DNA from: an uncultured Christensenella sp.
GTDB taxonomy: Bacteria; Bacillota; Clostridia; Christensenellales; Borkfalkiaceae
Assembly: GCA_910586365.1 (NCBI GenBank)
Contig: CAJUGP010000007.1
Location: forward strand, 1,157-65,156
Direction: 5' to 3'
Length of the DNA: 64,000 bases
Part shown: positions 1 through 10,361 of the stretch, piece after piece
Numbering within the stretch: position 1 is the stretch's first letter
How the letters are laid out: each line of letters begins with the position of its first letter
Made by a program: the position numbers and the translations under genes
Notes under the pieces: model-generated
What the model was told of the DNA's origin: nothing
Database searches by the model: none
Seen by the model: the letters and a program-made list of their open reading frames with translations, nothing else

Positions 1-3000
1 GTAACGACGTTATTGAACGCGACCGATCCGTTCGTCACCGTGCCCGAATAGGTATGCATACCGTCGGAAAGCGTTGCCGTCAAGCCGTTTGCCGTATTGC
101 CCTCGACGCCGAGTTTCTTGCCGACAATGCTCAAACTGAAACTTACCTTTACGATTTCCGCGAAAGTCGCTTCTACGTTAAGCGTCGCGCCGAGATAGCC
201 TTTCAACGTATACGTTCCGTCGATAAGTTTGGCAACGTCTACGGGTTGACCGTTTACCGTAAACGTCTCCACTTTATAATCGGTTGCCGGCGTCAGCGTG
301 ACGGTTACGTCGCCGCCGCGTTTGGTTTCGCTCACCGAAACCGTACCGTTTTCTTTCTGTCCGGCGCCCGTGACCTCAATCGTTTGATCGGCAATTCCGA
401 ACGCTTCCGCAAGCGTTTTGCCGTAACGGAAGTCGGCTACGTTGAACGTGACGGGCGTTTCGCCCCAACCGTGTCCGCGGTTGACGCCGAATTTCACGAT
501 CGTGCCGTTTTGGATACCGTCGTGCCCCATTTCCTTGGCAAGGATTACGTCGTCGGGGCTTGTTGCATAGTAAACGGAAAGATAACCCGTCGACGCATTG
601 TAATTGAGAATATAATACAATCCGTCGCCCCTAAGCGCTTCGCCGTATTTGTTCAACGTATAGGTATTGTCTTGGTTGATCGTTCCCAAATGGCTGCTGC
701 AACCGTTTCCCCAAGTATGGTTGTCTTCCCACCAAGATCCGTCGGTCAAGCAAAGGTGCATATCGCCCGACTTGTTGGAAAGGTTCAAGCTGACGTATTT
801 GTAAGTACCGTCGCTGAACGTTACATACATGCCGAACGGAACTTGCCCGCCGTTCATAATTTTATCGAAATCCTCTTTCGACAAGCTCACTTTTCCCAAA
901 ATCCAAGCGTCGCCCGCGACCGAAGTGTTGATCGCCACATCTTCCCGCGCGTCGCCGTGATAGGTCAGTTTGCCCTCGGCAATGTTCACGTTCCCCTTTG
1001 CCTGTTCGGAATATACGAAAAAGCTGCCGAGATCGAAACTCACGTCTCCCATGACTTTGAGTTGCGCGGTAACGGGAGCGCCGAATATTTGCGCGCGAAC
1101 CGTCCACGTGCCCTGCATAACGTTCTCCAAAACAATCTTTCCGTTTTCAACAATGCCCGTTACGTCCGCAAAGCCTTCGCGCGATAACGTCACTTCGAGC
1201 CCTTCCGCACCCCAAACGTCTTCCACCGTCAACGTAACCGTTGCAAGATTTTCCGCTGCGACGAATACCGCGTTCAAATCGAGTTCGGCAGCGGTAAACC
1301 CGTTCAGCGTGAGCGTCCCGTCCGCACCGATAAGAGCGGTTACGTCGCATCCGTTTACAAAAACGGCGTCGATAAAATAACCTTCGTTTGCCGTTATCGT
1401 GCACGAAATGTTCTCGCCCGCGGTATAAGAGGCTTTTCCCCACGTTACCGTGCCGTTATCGGAAGATTCGCGGATGATAACCTTTTGATCCGCAACGCCG
1501 AGCGCCTCTAACAACGTCTTGCCGTAGCGGAACCCTTCGACCTTCACCGTAACGCCCGTTTCGCCCCAAGCGAGGTTGTCGCGGAAACCCGCCTGTACGA
1601 CCGTACCACCCGCGGGGAAGAGATTTGCGTCGTCCTTCCAATCACGCAACCTTTTTACGCTGTAATCGTTCGAGCCTAAATAAGTTTCCATTGCGCCCGT
1701 TGTCGCATTATATTGAAGTACAAAGTAGAGTCCGTTGCCGAACAATGCCTTCGCATATTCATTTGCGTTGACGTTCGTCGTGAAAGGGTTGCAGATGTCT
1801 TCGCTCCACCCGAAATCGGTGCGGATCGTCAGCCAATTTTCGTTTCCGACGTTTTTGATCCAAATATCCGTCCAACGCGTCGTCGGTTTGCCGTTTGCGC
1901 CTTCCACCGTCATATACATACCGAAGGAAACCTCGCCGCCCCTTAAAAGTTTGGCTTTATCCTCAGCGCCGAGTTTGATCTTCGCCGCAAGGAAAGCGTC
2001 GCCCGCTTCGTTGATGCGGATGGAATAATCTTCGTTGATGGAGCTGTGATAGACAAAGCTGCCCGTAGAAAGATCGATGACGGAAGGATCGAGTTTCTTG
2101 CCGCCGATAAACACGTTTTCCACGTCGAGTTTCTTTTCCGCCGTCGAAACGACCGAATAGCTGCCAAGCTCGACGTTCTTGCCGAATACGTTTGCCGTGA
2201 CGAGCCAACGCCCCTGTAACATGTTCTCGATGCGCATCTTATTGTTCGCAACAACCGCCGTTTTCACATTTGTTTCGTCGGCGGCGTTGGTGAAGGTAAA
2301 TTCGATGCCGTTTGCGTTCCATGCGCTGTCCACCGCGATATTCGCCGTGATCGCCTGCGGCGTACCGTAAACGACTTCGACGTTGAGCGTAAGGCTCGTG
2401 TTTTCCGCGATAGTAAGATAATCGGTCGTGGGCGAATCGGTCTTGACGGATCCGCTCATTTCGACGCCGTTCACGAGCAACGACAAGAGCACGTGGGAAA
2501 CGTTGTTTTTCTCGAACATGAGAGTAACGTTCTCGCCGACCTTGCTGACGTCCGGAACGGAAACGGTAGCGCCCTCTTCCTTATTTTTGACGATCGCCAC
2601 TTCGTTCGCATGGTCGTCCCGAATGGCATACGGAATGATCTGCGGTTGAGTGTTGTAATAAAATCCTTCAAACCCGATCTGAACTCTTTCATCCGCTTTC
2701 ACGCCCTCGGCCGCAAGGTTTTCGGTATGAACGATTTCGCCGTCGAGATAAATATAAGCCGTCGTGCCGTCGCGCAGAATTCCGAGATTGATGCCGTTGC
2801 CGCTCTTGTATTTCGCAATCTCTTTGGCGTTCAAGACGTACACGGTACTCCACCCGAAGATGAAATCGTTGTTGTGTTTGGCATACATGACGCCGTAGGC
2901 GTCGCCGCTGCGAATGAGCGTAACCGACCAGCTCTTGCCGCCCGAGAACTTCATGCGGATGCCCGAACGCTGTTCTTTATCGTCGTTAACGTTAGAACTT

Positions 3001-4460
3001 GCGGCGAGCGTATCGTCGTAATGCAGGCTCGCCTCCGCGTAGACCGTATCGTAAATATTCTTCGAGAGAATGACGCCTCTGCCGCCCTTCTTAATGAGAT
3101 AGCCTTCGTTCGCGTTCTCGATATCCCAACACGATCCCTCCACAATATCGAACGTGCCGTATTCGAGATCGATCTGCGTATCGATATTGCGGTTGAGATA
3201 AATCCCGCGGGTAATTCTTCCGTAACCGCTCTTTTCCGCCGTGATCGTATAATAAGCCTGCGGCAGATCTCTGAGTTCGAAGGTGCCGTCCGCCGAAAGC
3301 GGCAGCGTATGCTCGCCGTCCGCATCGGCATAAGTGGCGGAAAGTCCGCTGAGCGTATCGCCGCCCGCTTTTTTCAGGTTGATCTTTCCCGTCAGAGTTT
3401 TATTCCCAGAAACGACCTGTTCCGCAGCCGCCGAAAACGACATACCTTCTTCGCAGGTGACGGTGTAGGTCGCCGAACCGTCTTCGTTATAGTTCAAAAA
3501 TTTCAGATAATCGTTGCCGTTGCGGGTAAATGCGCTGACGGCGTACCCCTCTTCGGGCGTGAGCGTGACGGTTACGGGCAAACCGGGCAGCGCCGCTGCG
3601 GGACCGGAAACCGTGCAGTGATCACCTTGAACGTATGAGACGGGTACGGTACCGACGACGCCCTCTTTATCGAACTTGAAATACTGCCCGACGTTGTGGA
3701 ACCCGTCGCCGCCGAGCTGCGTCGCAAAGGGATACCAATAACGGTCGATTTCGTGATCTGTGCCGTTGTAATTATACGAAGTGATGTGCACGGGGCTGAC
3801 GCTGACCGTCTCTTCCTTCATGGTGGCGGGATTCATGCCGAGCCATTGCACATAGTCCCAAGGAAGAAAGAATTCGATCGTATAGCCGAAACAGTTGCCC
3901 GAGTTGACTTCGCCGCCCTTCAATTCGGATGCGGCATACGCCATGATGGCGTCCGTCGACTGTACGTCGACCCAAGAACCGACGTAGCCCGAAGTTTTTT
4001 TGAACGAAACCGTGCCCGTCGCCTCGAGGTCGATCTCGTACACGTGGTCGTTCGACATGCTCGTAATGCCCTGCGGCGCGAAATACATCTCAATTCCGCT
4101 GTTGATGTAACTTGCGCGGTCGGGGTTGACGTAGATGGGCGTGTTTTCGGTTACGTCGTAGACGAAATACATGCCCTTTTCGCCGAAGTGGCTCGTCATG
4201 GCAAGATCGACGGTGTTCGTACCGTTTTGATTGTGCAGATACACCCATTTACTGTTTTTATAAACTTCCTCGTCCGCCTTGCCGTCGATTTTGAACCCTT
4301 CGTCGGGCTGCGCATACACGCGGTCGGGGTTGTTGTAACCGTAATCCTTATCCGTCGGCACTTCGGTAATATTTTTCGACGCCTCGCAGGCTGCAAACAG
4401 CGTCGTCATTGCAAATACCGAAAGCAACGCTACGACTGCGGTTTTTCTTTTACTGTTCAT
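1..4460 (-). CDS. Very large secreted lipoprotein (>1486 aa; C-terminus lies beyond window start). It has a CBM9-like N-terminal region and beta-sandwich/lectin-like modules, including two diverged ~360-aa repeat modules.
   Basis: Absent from the ORF track because it runs off the window. No track ORF uses the minus frame with end mod 3 = 2 between 1 and 4460, which fits one uninterrupted frame. ATG at 4458-4460 is preceded by GGAGGAAGAGT. Hand translation gives MNSKRKTAVVALLSVFAMTTLFAAC-EASKNITEVPTDKDYGYNNPD (signal peptide plus lipobox Cys). Hand-translated repeat ends are FRDNLAWGETGVTVKVEGFRYGKTLLEALGVA (about 1490-1580) and NRGHGWGETPVTFNVADFRYGKTLAEAFGIADQ (about 400-480). Domain names are inferred, not searched. 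Confidence 0.8.
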   Translation of the reverse strand, partial: MNSKRKTAVVALLSVFAMTTLFAACEASKNITEVPTDKDYGYNNPDRVYAQPDEGFKIDGKADEEVYKNSKWVYLHNQNGTNTVDLAMTSHFGEKGMYFVYDVTENTPIYVNPDRASYINSGIEMYFAPQGITSMSNDHVYEIDLEATGTVSFKKTSGYVGSWVDVQSTDAIMAYAASELKGGEVNSGNCFGYTIEFFLPWDYVQWLGMNPATMKEETVSVSPVHITSYNYNGTDHEIDRYWYPFATQLGGDGFHNVGQYFKFDKEGVVGTVPVSYVQGDHCTVSGPAAALPGLPVTVTLTPEEGYAVSAFTRNGNDYLKFLNYNEDGSATYTVTCEEGMSFSAAAEQVVSGNKTLTGKINLKKAGGDTLSGLSATYADADGEHTLPLSADGTFELRDLPQAYYTITAEKSGYGRITRGIYLNRNIDTQIDLEYGTFDIVEGSCWDIENANEGYLIKKGGRGVILSKNIYDTVYAEASLHYDDTLAASSNVNDDKEQRSGIRMKFSGGKSWSVTLIRSGDAYGVMYAKHNNDFIFGWSTVYVLNAKEIAKYKSGNGINLGILRDGTTAYIYLDGEIVHTENLAAEGVKADERVQIGFEGFYYNTQPQIIPYAIRDDHANEVAIVKNKEEGATVSVPDVSKVGENVTLMFEKNNVSHVLLSLLVNGVEMSGSVKTDSPTTDYLTIAENTSLTLNVEVVYGTPQAITANIAVDSAWNANGIEFTFTNAADETNVKTAVVANNKMRIENMLQGRWLVTANVFGKNVELGSYSVVSTAEKKLDVENVFIGGKKLDPSVIDLSTGSFVYHSSINEDYSIRINEAGDAFLAAKIKLGAEDKAKLLRGGEVSFGMYMTVEGANGKPTTRWTDIWIKNVGNENWLTIRTDFGWSEDICNPFTTNVNANEYAKALFGNGLYFVLQYNATTGAMETYLGSNDYSVKRLRDWKDDANLFPAGGTVVQAGFRDNLAWGETGVTVKVEGFRYGKTLLEALGVADQKVIIRESSDNGTVTWGKASYTAGENISCTITANEGYFIDAVFVNGCDVTALIGADGTLTLNGFTAAELDLNAVFVAAENLATVTLTVEDVWGAEGLEVTLSREGFADVTGIVENGKIVLENVMQGTWTVRAQIFGAPVTAQLKVMGDVSFDLGSFFVYSEQAKGNVNIAEGKLTYHGDAREDVAINTSVAGDAWILGKVSLSKEDFDKIMNGGQVPFGMYVTFSDGTYKYVSLNLSNKSGDMHLCLTDGSWWEDNHTWGNGCSSHLGTINQDNTYTLNKYGEALRGDGLYYILNYNASTGYLSVYYATSPDDVILAKEMGHDGIQNGTIVKFGVNRGHGWGETPVTFNVADFRYGKTLAEAFGIADQTIEVTGAGQKENGTVSVSETKRGGDVTVTLTPATDYKVETFTVNGQPVDVAKLIDGTYTLKGYLGATLNVEATFAEIVKVSFSLSIVGKKLGVEGNTANGLTATLSDGMHTYSGTVTNGSVAFNNVV

Positions 4461-4471
4461 ACTCTTCCTCC

Positions 4472-6370
4472 TTATTTGCCTAACACTTTGATTTCGGAAA
4501 TGCCGACGCTCTTCTGCCCTTCGGGAAGGTCGATCGTCACCCGAACGGACTTCACGTTAAGCTCTTCGAACTCCGCATACACGCACGAACCGGGCGTTAC
4601 GTAATACGCATTGCCGTACAAATCGTCCGCTTTGTAATATTCCTTGCTGAATTCTAAATCTTTGATGAATTTCACGACTTCTTTGCCGTTCTCTTCGCAT
4701 ACGAATTCGATGCGTTTGACGGCTTTGAAAATCGTCGACGCGTCTTTGGAGTTGTAGACCATGACCGCACGCACCGTCCGCGCCGATCCGAAATCGAGCG
4801 TAAACGTCGTCTGTTTCGTAATGACCGTTTCTTTCACGTTTGCGATAAACGCAGGGTTGTGCTGCGTATAAAGAGAAAGCACGCCGTCGGTGAGATAGTT
4901 CGCATCTTTCGTTCCTTTGATTTGCGCTTCGCCCGCGATGTTGCGATACTCCCCTTTGATCAAAGGCTGCACGGTGGAAGTCGGACCGTTGGCATACATA
5001 ACGTCCAGATCGCGTCCGTCTTTGTCTTTCACCGTAATCCACGTTACTTCGTCAACGGCAGGGTTACGCGCACCGCCCATGACGATGGCGCTGTTATGGC
5101 GGTGATAGACGATATACATTTTGCCGTTTACGGTGACGAACGAGTGATGACCCGTGCCCGAAACGTCCTGGCTGCCCTGCAACCCCGCCGAAAGGAGTAC
5201 CGCGCCTTCCTCTGCGTTGAGCTTGCGGAAGTCGCCCAAAGGACTGTCGGCAACCGCCTGACATACCTGATAGGAATTGTTCTGATAATCGTTGACCGAA
5301 TAGGTGAGATAATATTTCCCTTTATGCTCGGTCATGCACATGCCTTCGTTGATGACGTTGTCGGCGTCTTCGTAAGAAACCGCATCGACGGTTTCGCCGT
5401 TCAACGCTTTTTGATAATCGGCAACGGTGTAGTAGCGCGACTTGGTCAGAAGTTTCGCCGTTTCCCATTTGGGTTTAAGCCAATTTTCCATTTCCATGCC
5501 GAAGATGCCGTTGTCGCCGCAGTCGACGACCCAATACATATATTTTTTGCCGTTGATCTCGTAGGGGTGCGGGTCGATCGCGCCCATGTAGTGCCCCATG
5601 TCGTTTTCGCGGATGCTCGTATCGATTCCCGCCGCTTTGCAGAATTCGTAATATTTCCCCGGTTCGAGGAAGATATATCTTGCAAAATAATCGGTAAACG
5701 CGTCTTCATAATCGCCGCTGCCGTCGTCCTTTTCGATACCGGGCTGCTCGTTATAGGTATGCAGATTTTCCTGCCCGCAACTGTTCGCATCTTTGAAGTC
5801 GACGAACCGAAATCCCCTGTCGGGATATTTGGAAACGGCAACGTAAGGCTGATAATACGGTTGGCAAGCGATCGCGCCGCCGCCCGACACCACGCTTTCG
5901 TCCTTTTCGGGCGTGGCGCTGAAAAAGAGATAATAAGCGCCCTCGCCGTTGTCCGCTTCGGCATCGTAGACGACTTCGGGCGCCCACAGCGCGTCGCTCG
6001 TCAGTCTTCTTGCAAGAGAAGTCGTGCCGTTTGCACCGTAATGCAGATTGTCGAGCGCGTTGCCCACCATTTCCCAATCGGTAAGGTTTTCGGAACGATA
6101 AGTATAGAACGAACCGGCGGTCGTGTACATATAGTAATAGCCGTCGCGCGCCGTGTTGTCGAGTACGAAGGGATCTGCGCCGTCCGCTTTTTTGTCGTTG
6201 CGGTAGAACAATGCCTTGTTATAGTCGGATTTCGTTTGCCCCTCTTCGAGCTGACCTTGATAATTCGCAATTTCATACTGCGTTTCATCTTCCGCGCCGC
6301 AAGCCGTGAGAACAGCCGTGGATGCAAACATCGCGCACGCAAGCAAGATTGCCCATTTGCCTTTTTTCAT
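4472..6370 (-). CDS. Glycoside hydrolase family 43-like lipoprotein with C-terminal discoidin/CBM32-like beta-sandwich
   Basis: 632-aa track ORF with lipoprotein signal MKKGKWAILLACAMFASTAVLTAC. GH43-type blocks: GADPFV..DGYYYMYTT, LWAPEVVY, YYLFFSA, INEGMCMTEHKGKYYLTYS. RBS AAGGAGGAAAATAA before the ATG. Its stop lies 11 nt before the start of the downstream lipoprotein gene. Confidence 0.8.
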   Translation of the reverse strand: MKKGKWAILLACAMFASTAVLTACGAEDETQYEIANYQGQLEEGQTKSDYNKALFYRNDKKADGADPFVLDNTARDGYYYMYTTAGSFYTYRSENLTDWEMVGNALDNLHYGANGTTSLARRLTSDALWAPEVVYDAEADNGEGAYYLFFSATPEKDESVVSGGGAIACQPYYQPYVAVSKYPDRGFRFVDFKDANSCGQENLHTYNEQPGIEKDDGSGDYEDAFTDYFARYIFLEPGKYYEFCKAAGIDTSIRENDMGHYMGAIDPHPYEINGKKYMYWVVDCGDNGIFGMEMENWLKPKWETAKLLTKSRYYTVADYQKALNGETVDAVSYEDADNVINEGMCMTEHKGKYYLTYSVNDYQNNSYQVCQAVADSPLGDFRKLNAEEGAVLLSAGLQGSQDVSGTGHHSFVTVNGKMYIVYHRHNSAIVMGGARNPAVDEVTWITVKDKDGRDLDVMYANGPTSTVQPLIKGEYRNIAGEAQIKGTKDANYLTDGVLSLYTQHNPAFIANVKETVITKQTTFTLDFGSARTVRAVMVYNSKDASTIFKAVKRIEFVCEENGKEVVKFIKDLEFSKEYYKADDLYGNAYYVTPGSCVYAEFEELNVKSVRVTIDLPEGQKSVGISEIKVLGK

Positions 6371-6399
6371 TTATTTTCCTCCTTAAAATTTCCGATAAA

Positions 6400-7305
6400 T
6401 TATTCCTTGATGCCGCCCGCAGTGATCCCTTCGAGGAAATACTTCTGCGTGAAACAATAGATGACGATAAGCGGCAGAATGCCGACGATCGACGCCGCGC
6501 ACCATACGTTTTTGTATTCCGCGCCGGGGAACAGCGTTGTGACCTTGCTCAATACGAGCTGCAACGTGATGAAGTCGGGATTGTTGTTTAAGTAGAGCAA
6601 TGCCGACATGTAGTTGTTATAACCGCCTACAAACCCGAAAATGAACTGCGAAATGAACGCGGGCATCGCAAGCGGCCACATGATACGGAAGAACACCGTG
6701 ATCGTGCCCGCCCCGTCGATTCTTGCCGCCTCCAAAAGCCCCGTGGGAATACCGTCGAAATACATGCGCAGGAAGAACACCGTGCTGATGCTCCCGAACA
6801 TGCCGGGAATCACGAGAGGCATCCAACCCAATTCGTTGATCCAGCCGAGCGTTGAATAGAAGATGTACGAAATGACGCCGAACGCGCCGAGCGGCACCAT
6901 GGAAATGATTACCATGACCTCGAACAGTTTTTCTCTGCCCGGAAAACGCAGTTTGGAAAACGCGTAAGCCGACAAGCCCGAAACGAGCAACCCGACCACG
7001 AGCGGCACGAGCGTCATCCACAGCGTATTGATGATTCCGAGGAGCAACGAGGGTATCCCCGTGCTCAAGATATAGGGATCTTCGGTAAAGAGTTTGACGT
7101 AGCCGTCGAACGTGGGATGCGCCGTTCCCCAAACGTACCACTCCGCCCGCGCCAACTCGTCGCCCGGTATAAAGGACGAAACGAGAATGGTGAGAATCGG
7201 CACGAAGAGAAAAATCGAATACAGGACGAGCACAGCATAGACGATCATTTTAGTAACGGGAAACTTTTTGCGTTTCCGATCTTGAACCGTAACGATTTCT
7301 TCCAT
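6400..7305 (-). CDS. Carbohydrate ABC transporter permease (MalG-type)
   Basis: 301 aa, multi-TM pattern, EAA loop LEAARIDGAGTITVFFRIMWPLAMP. Confidence 0.9.
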   Translation of the reverse strand: MEEIVTVQDRKRKKFPVTKMIVYAVLVLYSIFLFVPILTILVSSFIPGDELARAEWYVWGTAHPTFDGYVKLFTEDPYILSTGIPSLLLGIINTLWMTLVPLVVGLLVSGLSAYAFSKLRFPGREKLFEVMVIISMVPLGAFGVISYIFYSTLGWINELGWMPLVIPGMFGSISTVFFLRMYFDGIPTGLLEAARIDGAGTITVFFRIMWPLAMPAFISQFIFGFVGGYNNYMSALLYLNNNPDFITLQLVLSKVTTLFPGAEYKNVWCAASIVGILPLIVIYCFTQKYFLEGITAGGIKE

Positions 7306-7308
7306 AAC

Positions 7309-8322
7309 TCACTCCATACTCTTTTGGCGTCTTTTGAAAAGGATGACCGAAAAGACCGCCGTCAAAGCAAACAGCACCCAACTGATAATCGCCGCGCAGG
7401 ATACCATATATCGGTTGCCGAATGCGTCCTGATTGTTCACGTCGTTCTGAATGAGATAATAGACGAACCGCATAAGCGTCAACCCCATCGAGCCGTTTCC
7501 GCCCACCGTTTCCCACGAATCGGGAACGATCAAGAGCGCCATGTCGCACGTCAGTAGTCCCGCGCCGATTCCCGAAATAAGCAGATAGAAGGTCGTGGGC
7601 GCAATGCAGGGAACGGTGACGTGAATAAACTTCTGAAATCCGTTTGCCCCGTCGAGCGCAGCCGCCTCGTAAAGCGAGGCGTTGATGTCGTTCATTGCGC
7701 TCTTATACATGACGATGCCGTACCCAGGCGCCTGCCAAATGATGGCGGTGATGATGCAAAGCGTCATCGTTCTGACGTCGGTCAGCCATTTTACGTTCGA
7801 ACCGAAGATCGCGTTGAGAATACCCGTATCGGCGAACACCCACCGCCACATCATCGCCACGGCAACGCCCGAACAGATGTACGGGATAAAGAACAGCACC
7901 TGAAACAAGCGCGAACCCTTTAATTTCTGCGCCAAAAACGCGCTTATCACAATCGAAATCGCCAACGTGATGAACTGCGTGCTCGCCACCCAAAGGGTGA
8001 TACCGCATGCCTTATAAAAATAAGTCGCAACGTCGAACCCGAACAAATCGAACGCATGCCCGGGCACGAAAACCGATTGGAACCCTTCGAAGTTATTCCA
8101 TTTTATATTCGAAAGGTCGTATAAATCGACGTTGCAGAACAGCGCAAGGAAAGAGATGACAAGCGGAAAGATACTGAACAAGACAAAACCGATGAGGGGA
8201 ATGATCGCCATTATACAAGCAATCACGGCGTGCTTATCCCAACGCTCCCGCCCCACCTGCAAGGGTTTTTTCTTGTTTTTGCGTTTTTCCTCCGCAAACG
8301 CGGCGGTTTCTGCCCGTTCCAT
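7309..8322 (-). CDS. Carbohydrate ABC transporter permease (MalF-type)
   Basis: 337 aa, multi-TM pattern, EAA loop YEAAALDGANGFQKFIHVTVPCIAP. 3-nt gaps to both neighbours. Confidence 0.9.
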   Translation of the reverse strand: MERAETAAFAEEKRKNKKKPLQVGRERWDKHAVIACIMAIIPLIGFVLFSIFPLVISFLALFCNVDLYDLSNIKWNNFEGFQSVFVPGHAFDLFGFDVATYFYKACGITLWVASTQFITLAISIVISAFLAQKLKGSRLFQVLFFIPYICSGVAVAMMWRWVFADTGILNAIFGSNVKWLTDVRTMTLCIITAIIWQAPGYGIVMYKSAMNDINASLYEAAALDGANGFQKFIHVTVPCIAPTTFYLLISGIGAGLLTCDMALLIVPDSWETVGGNGSMGLTLMRFVYYLIQNDVNNQDAFGNRYMVSCAAIISWVLFALTAVFSVILFKRRQKSME

Positions 8323-8324
8323 GC

Positions 8325-10184
8325 TTATCTCCCCATCATGCGAATACGCATGTTTGCCAACGCTTTATCTGCATCGCTCTGTTTTTCGGAAAGGAAGTCG
8401 GTAAGCGTTTTATCGCCTTTTCTGACTTCGTTGTTGAACACAGACGACCACGGCGTGATCCACGTATTGCCGAGGAAGTAGGCAAAGTCGCCGATGTCGC
8501 AATTCTGCGTCATGTAAGCCGCCGCCCAACTGTTTTTCAAAACGTTCGTTTCATAAGCGGCGCATTCGCCCAAGCCCGCATCGAGTTGATTGGGCGTAAG
8601 CACGCCGCTCTTGGCAAGGATCTTCTGCGCGTCGGCGCTCGCCGCCCAAACGACGAATTTTGCCGCCGCGTCGTAATTCTTGTTTCGCGTGTTTTTGGGA
8701 AGGAAGAGCGCGGAGGCAACCGTATCGGCGGACACTCTGCCGACGAACGGCGTACCCGTCGTTTCATCCTTATTAAGCTCGCCCGTGTAGACTTCGTCCT
8801 CCCCTTTGTCGTTCTTATACGTTTCGCCGATGACTTTGAGGTATTCGTTAGCAAAGCCGCTTGCGCCGTTCTTCTGATAGGTGCTGCCGCCCTTGTATTC
8901 GCGCCACTGCGTTAAGGGAGCAAGATCCACGCCGCCCGGCATCGACGCTTTGAACGTGTTTGCGTTTTCGTACGACTCGTTGTAAAACGGGCACTTCCCC
9001 GAAGTGAATTTACTCGTTCTGTTCGCCAAACTCTCTGCGGAAACGCCGTAGCCGTTTAATCCGGTATCCGCATATTTCGAGGTCGGAATGGAAAGGCGGT
9101 TGAATTCCAACGTTGCGTCGCGCATGGAAGGCAGTACGTGCAGGGAATTGTGAAGGGTGGTTTTAAGCGTGGCGTCGGAATTGACCTTTGCTTTATCCTC
9201 GTAGAGGAGCACGTCGCCCGCCTTGTACTCTCTGCCGTTGACCTCGACGTCGGCAAGGACAAGATAATTGTCCTGATCGTCGCCGATCGTAAACTTATAG
9301 GCGCCCGCCGTTTCGTCCCAACCGACGCAATCGCCGCCGACCGACCAACCGTAGTTATACCACCACTCCGAAATGTAGCCGTATTCGAAATCATACTGCG
9401 TCATAAACGCGCGCGAAAGGCAACGCGTCTCTTCCCAATTCATGGCGATGCGGTCGTTAAACACTTTATACACAATTTGCCCCGCCTCGTTCTTCGACGT
9501 CTTTGCGCCTTCGAAGGGTTTGTGCGATTCGGCATATTCTGCATAGCCGTGCGGCTGAACCTTTGCATACTGCTCGCTCGTTTCGAGTTCGGTTTCCGAA
9601 ACGGAAATGACGTTGATACCCGCCGTTTTCATCGCCGCAACGTTATACCACATCACGTGCGGCACATTTGTCATCGGCAAGCCGAGCGTCGCCGTACCCT
9701 CGCCCGCAAGATACTTATTGTTCTCCGTCGTCTGATTCATGCAGAAACGGTTTTTAAGCCCCGCAGGAATCTGATCGTATTCCATGCTCGCTTTCACGTC
9801 GGCGGTCAGATATTGATCAAGCTCCACGAAAAACTGTCTGCCCGTCGAAACAAGTCCCTTGATCTGCGTGTCGCCGATCTGCACAACGTCGTAAGGGTAA
9901 CCCGACATCAGCGCGTTATCGAGTCCCGAAATCGCGCCGCCGCTTCCCGTTACCATTTGCACGAAAACGTTATCCGTTACGCCCTGTCCGTTGTTATACG
10001 TATTTACGAGTTCGTTATAATAAGCGCGCGTGTCCGTATCGTCGAATGCCGCCTGATACATGACCACCGTTCTGTCGCCTGCCCCTTCCGGTTTTTTCGG
10101 TCCGCACCCCGTTGCCGCAACTGCCGATCCCGCAAGAACCGCAAGAACGCCGAATGCCGCAAGATGTTTGAATTTGCCTTTCAC
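8325..10184 (-). CDS. Large extracellular solute-binding lipoprotein of a sugar ABC importer
   Basis: Track ORF 8325..10193. Signal plus lipobox ..LAVLAGSAVAATGC. AAGGAG abuts the first GTG (10193), so the second GTG at 10184 (9-nt spacer) is the more likely start. First gene of the SBP-permease-permease string. Confidence 0.85.
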   Translation of the reverse strand: MKGKFKHLAAFGVLAVLAGSAVAATGCGPKKPEGAGDRTVVMYQAAFDDTDTRAYYNELVNTYNNGQGVTDNVFVQMVTGSGGAISGLDNALMSGYPYDVVQIGDTQIKGLVSTGRQFFVELDQYLTADVKASMEYDQIPAGLKNRFCMNQTTENNKYLAGEGTATLGLPMTNVPHVMWYNVAAMKTAGINVISVSETELETSEQYAKVQPHGYAEYAESHKPFEGAKTSKNEAGQIVYKVFNDRIAMNWEETRCLSRAFMTQYDFEYGYISEWWYNYGWSVGGDCVGWDETAGAYKFTIGDDQDNYLVLADVEVNGREYKAGDVLLYEDKAKVNSDATLKTTLHNSLHVLPSMRDATLEFNRLSIPTSKYADTGLNGYGVSAESLANRTSKFTSGKCPFYNESYENANTFKASMPGGVDLAPLTQWREYKGGSTYQKNGASGFANEYLKVIGETYKNDKGEDEVYTGELNKDETTGTPFVGRVSADTVASALFLPKNTRNKNYDAAAKFVVWAASADAQKILAKSGVLTPNQLDAGLGECAAYETNVLKNSWAAAYMTQNCDIGDFAYFLGNTWITPWSSVFNNEVRKGDKTLTDFLSEKQSDADKALANMRIRMMGR

Positions 10185-10361
10185 TTTTTCCACTCCTTAC
10201 CTATTTTATTTGCAGGGAACTCCCGTATAAGAGTTCCGGATTGCCGTTGTTATTTCTCCTGCGCGTAGCAGCCGTACAGTTTTAACACCGAAGTTGCCAC
10301 CGCCGCGAAATTCACATAGAGCGTGCCGTTTGAAACTATGAAACGTCGCCGTCTTTTCCCT

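Noticed and set aside
1-4460. Diversity-generating retroelement or recent duplication behind the two ~360-aa modules of the giant lipoprotein
   Set aside because: The modules are similar only at the protein-motif level, and the DNA is clearly diverged. There is no reverse transcriptase and no template-repeat-like near-identical copy in the window.
54-4604. Plus-strand ORFs 54..1187, 2493..3638 and 3696..4604, which could be taken as the genes of the first 4.5 kb
   Set aside because: They are Arg-rich antisense artefacts. The real gene is the uninterrupted minus-strand frame 4460..1, which has an RBS and a lipoprotein signal peptide. The track omits it only because it runs off the window.
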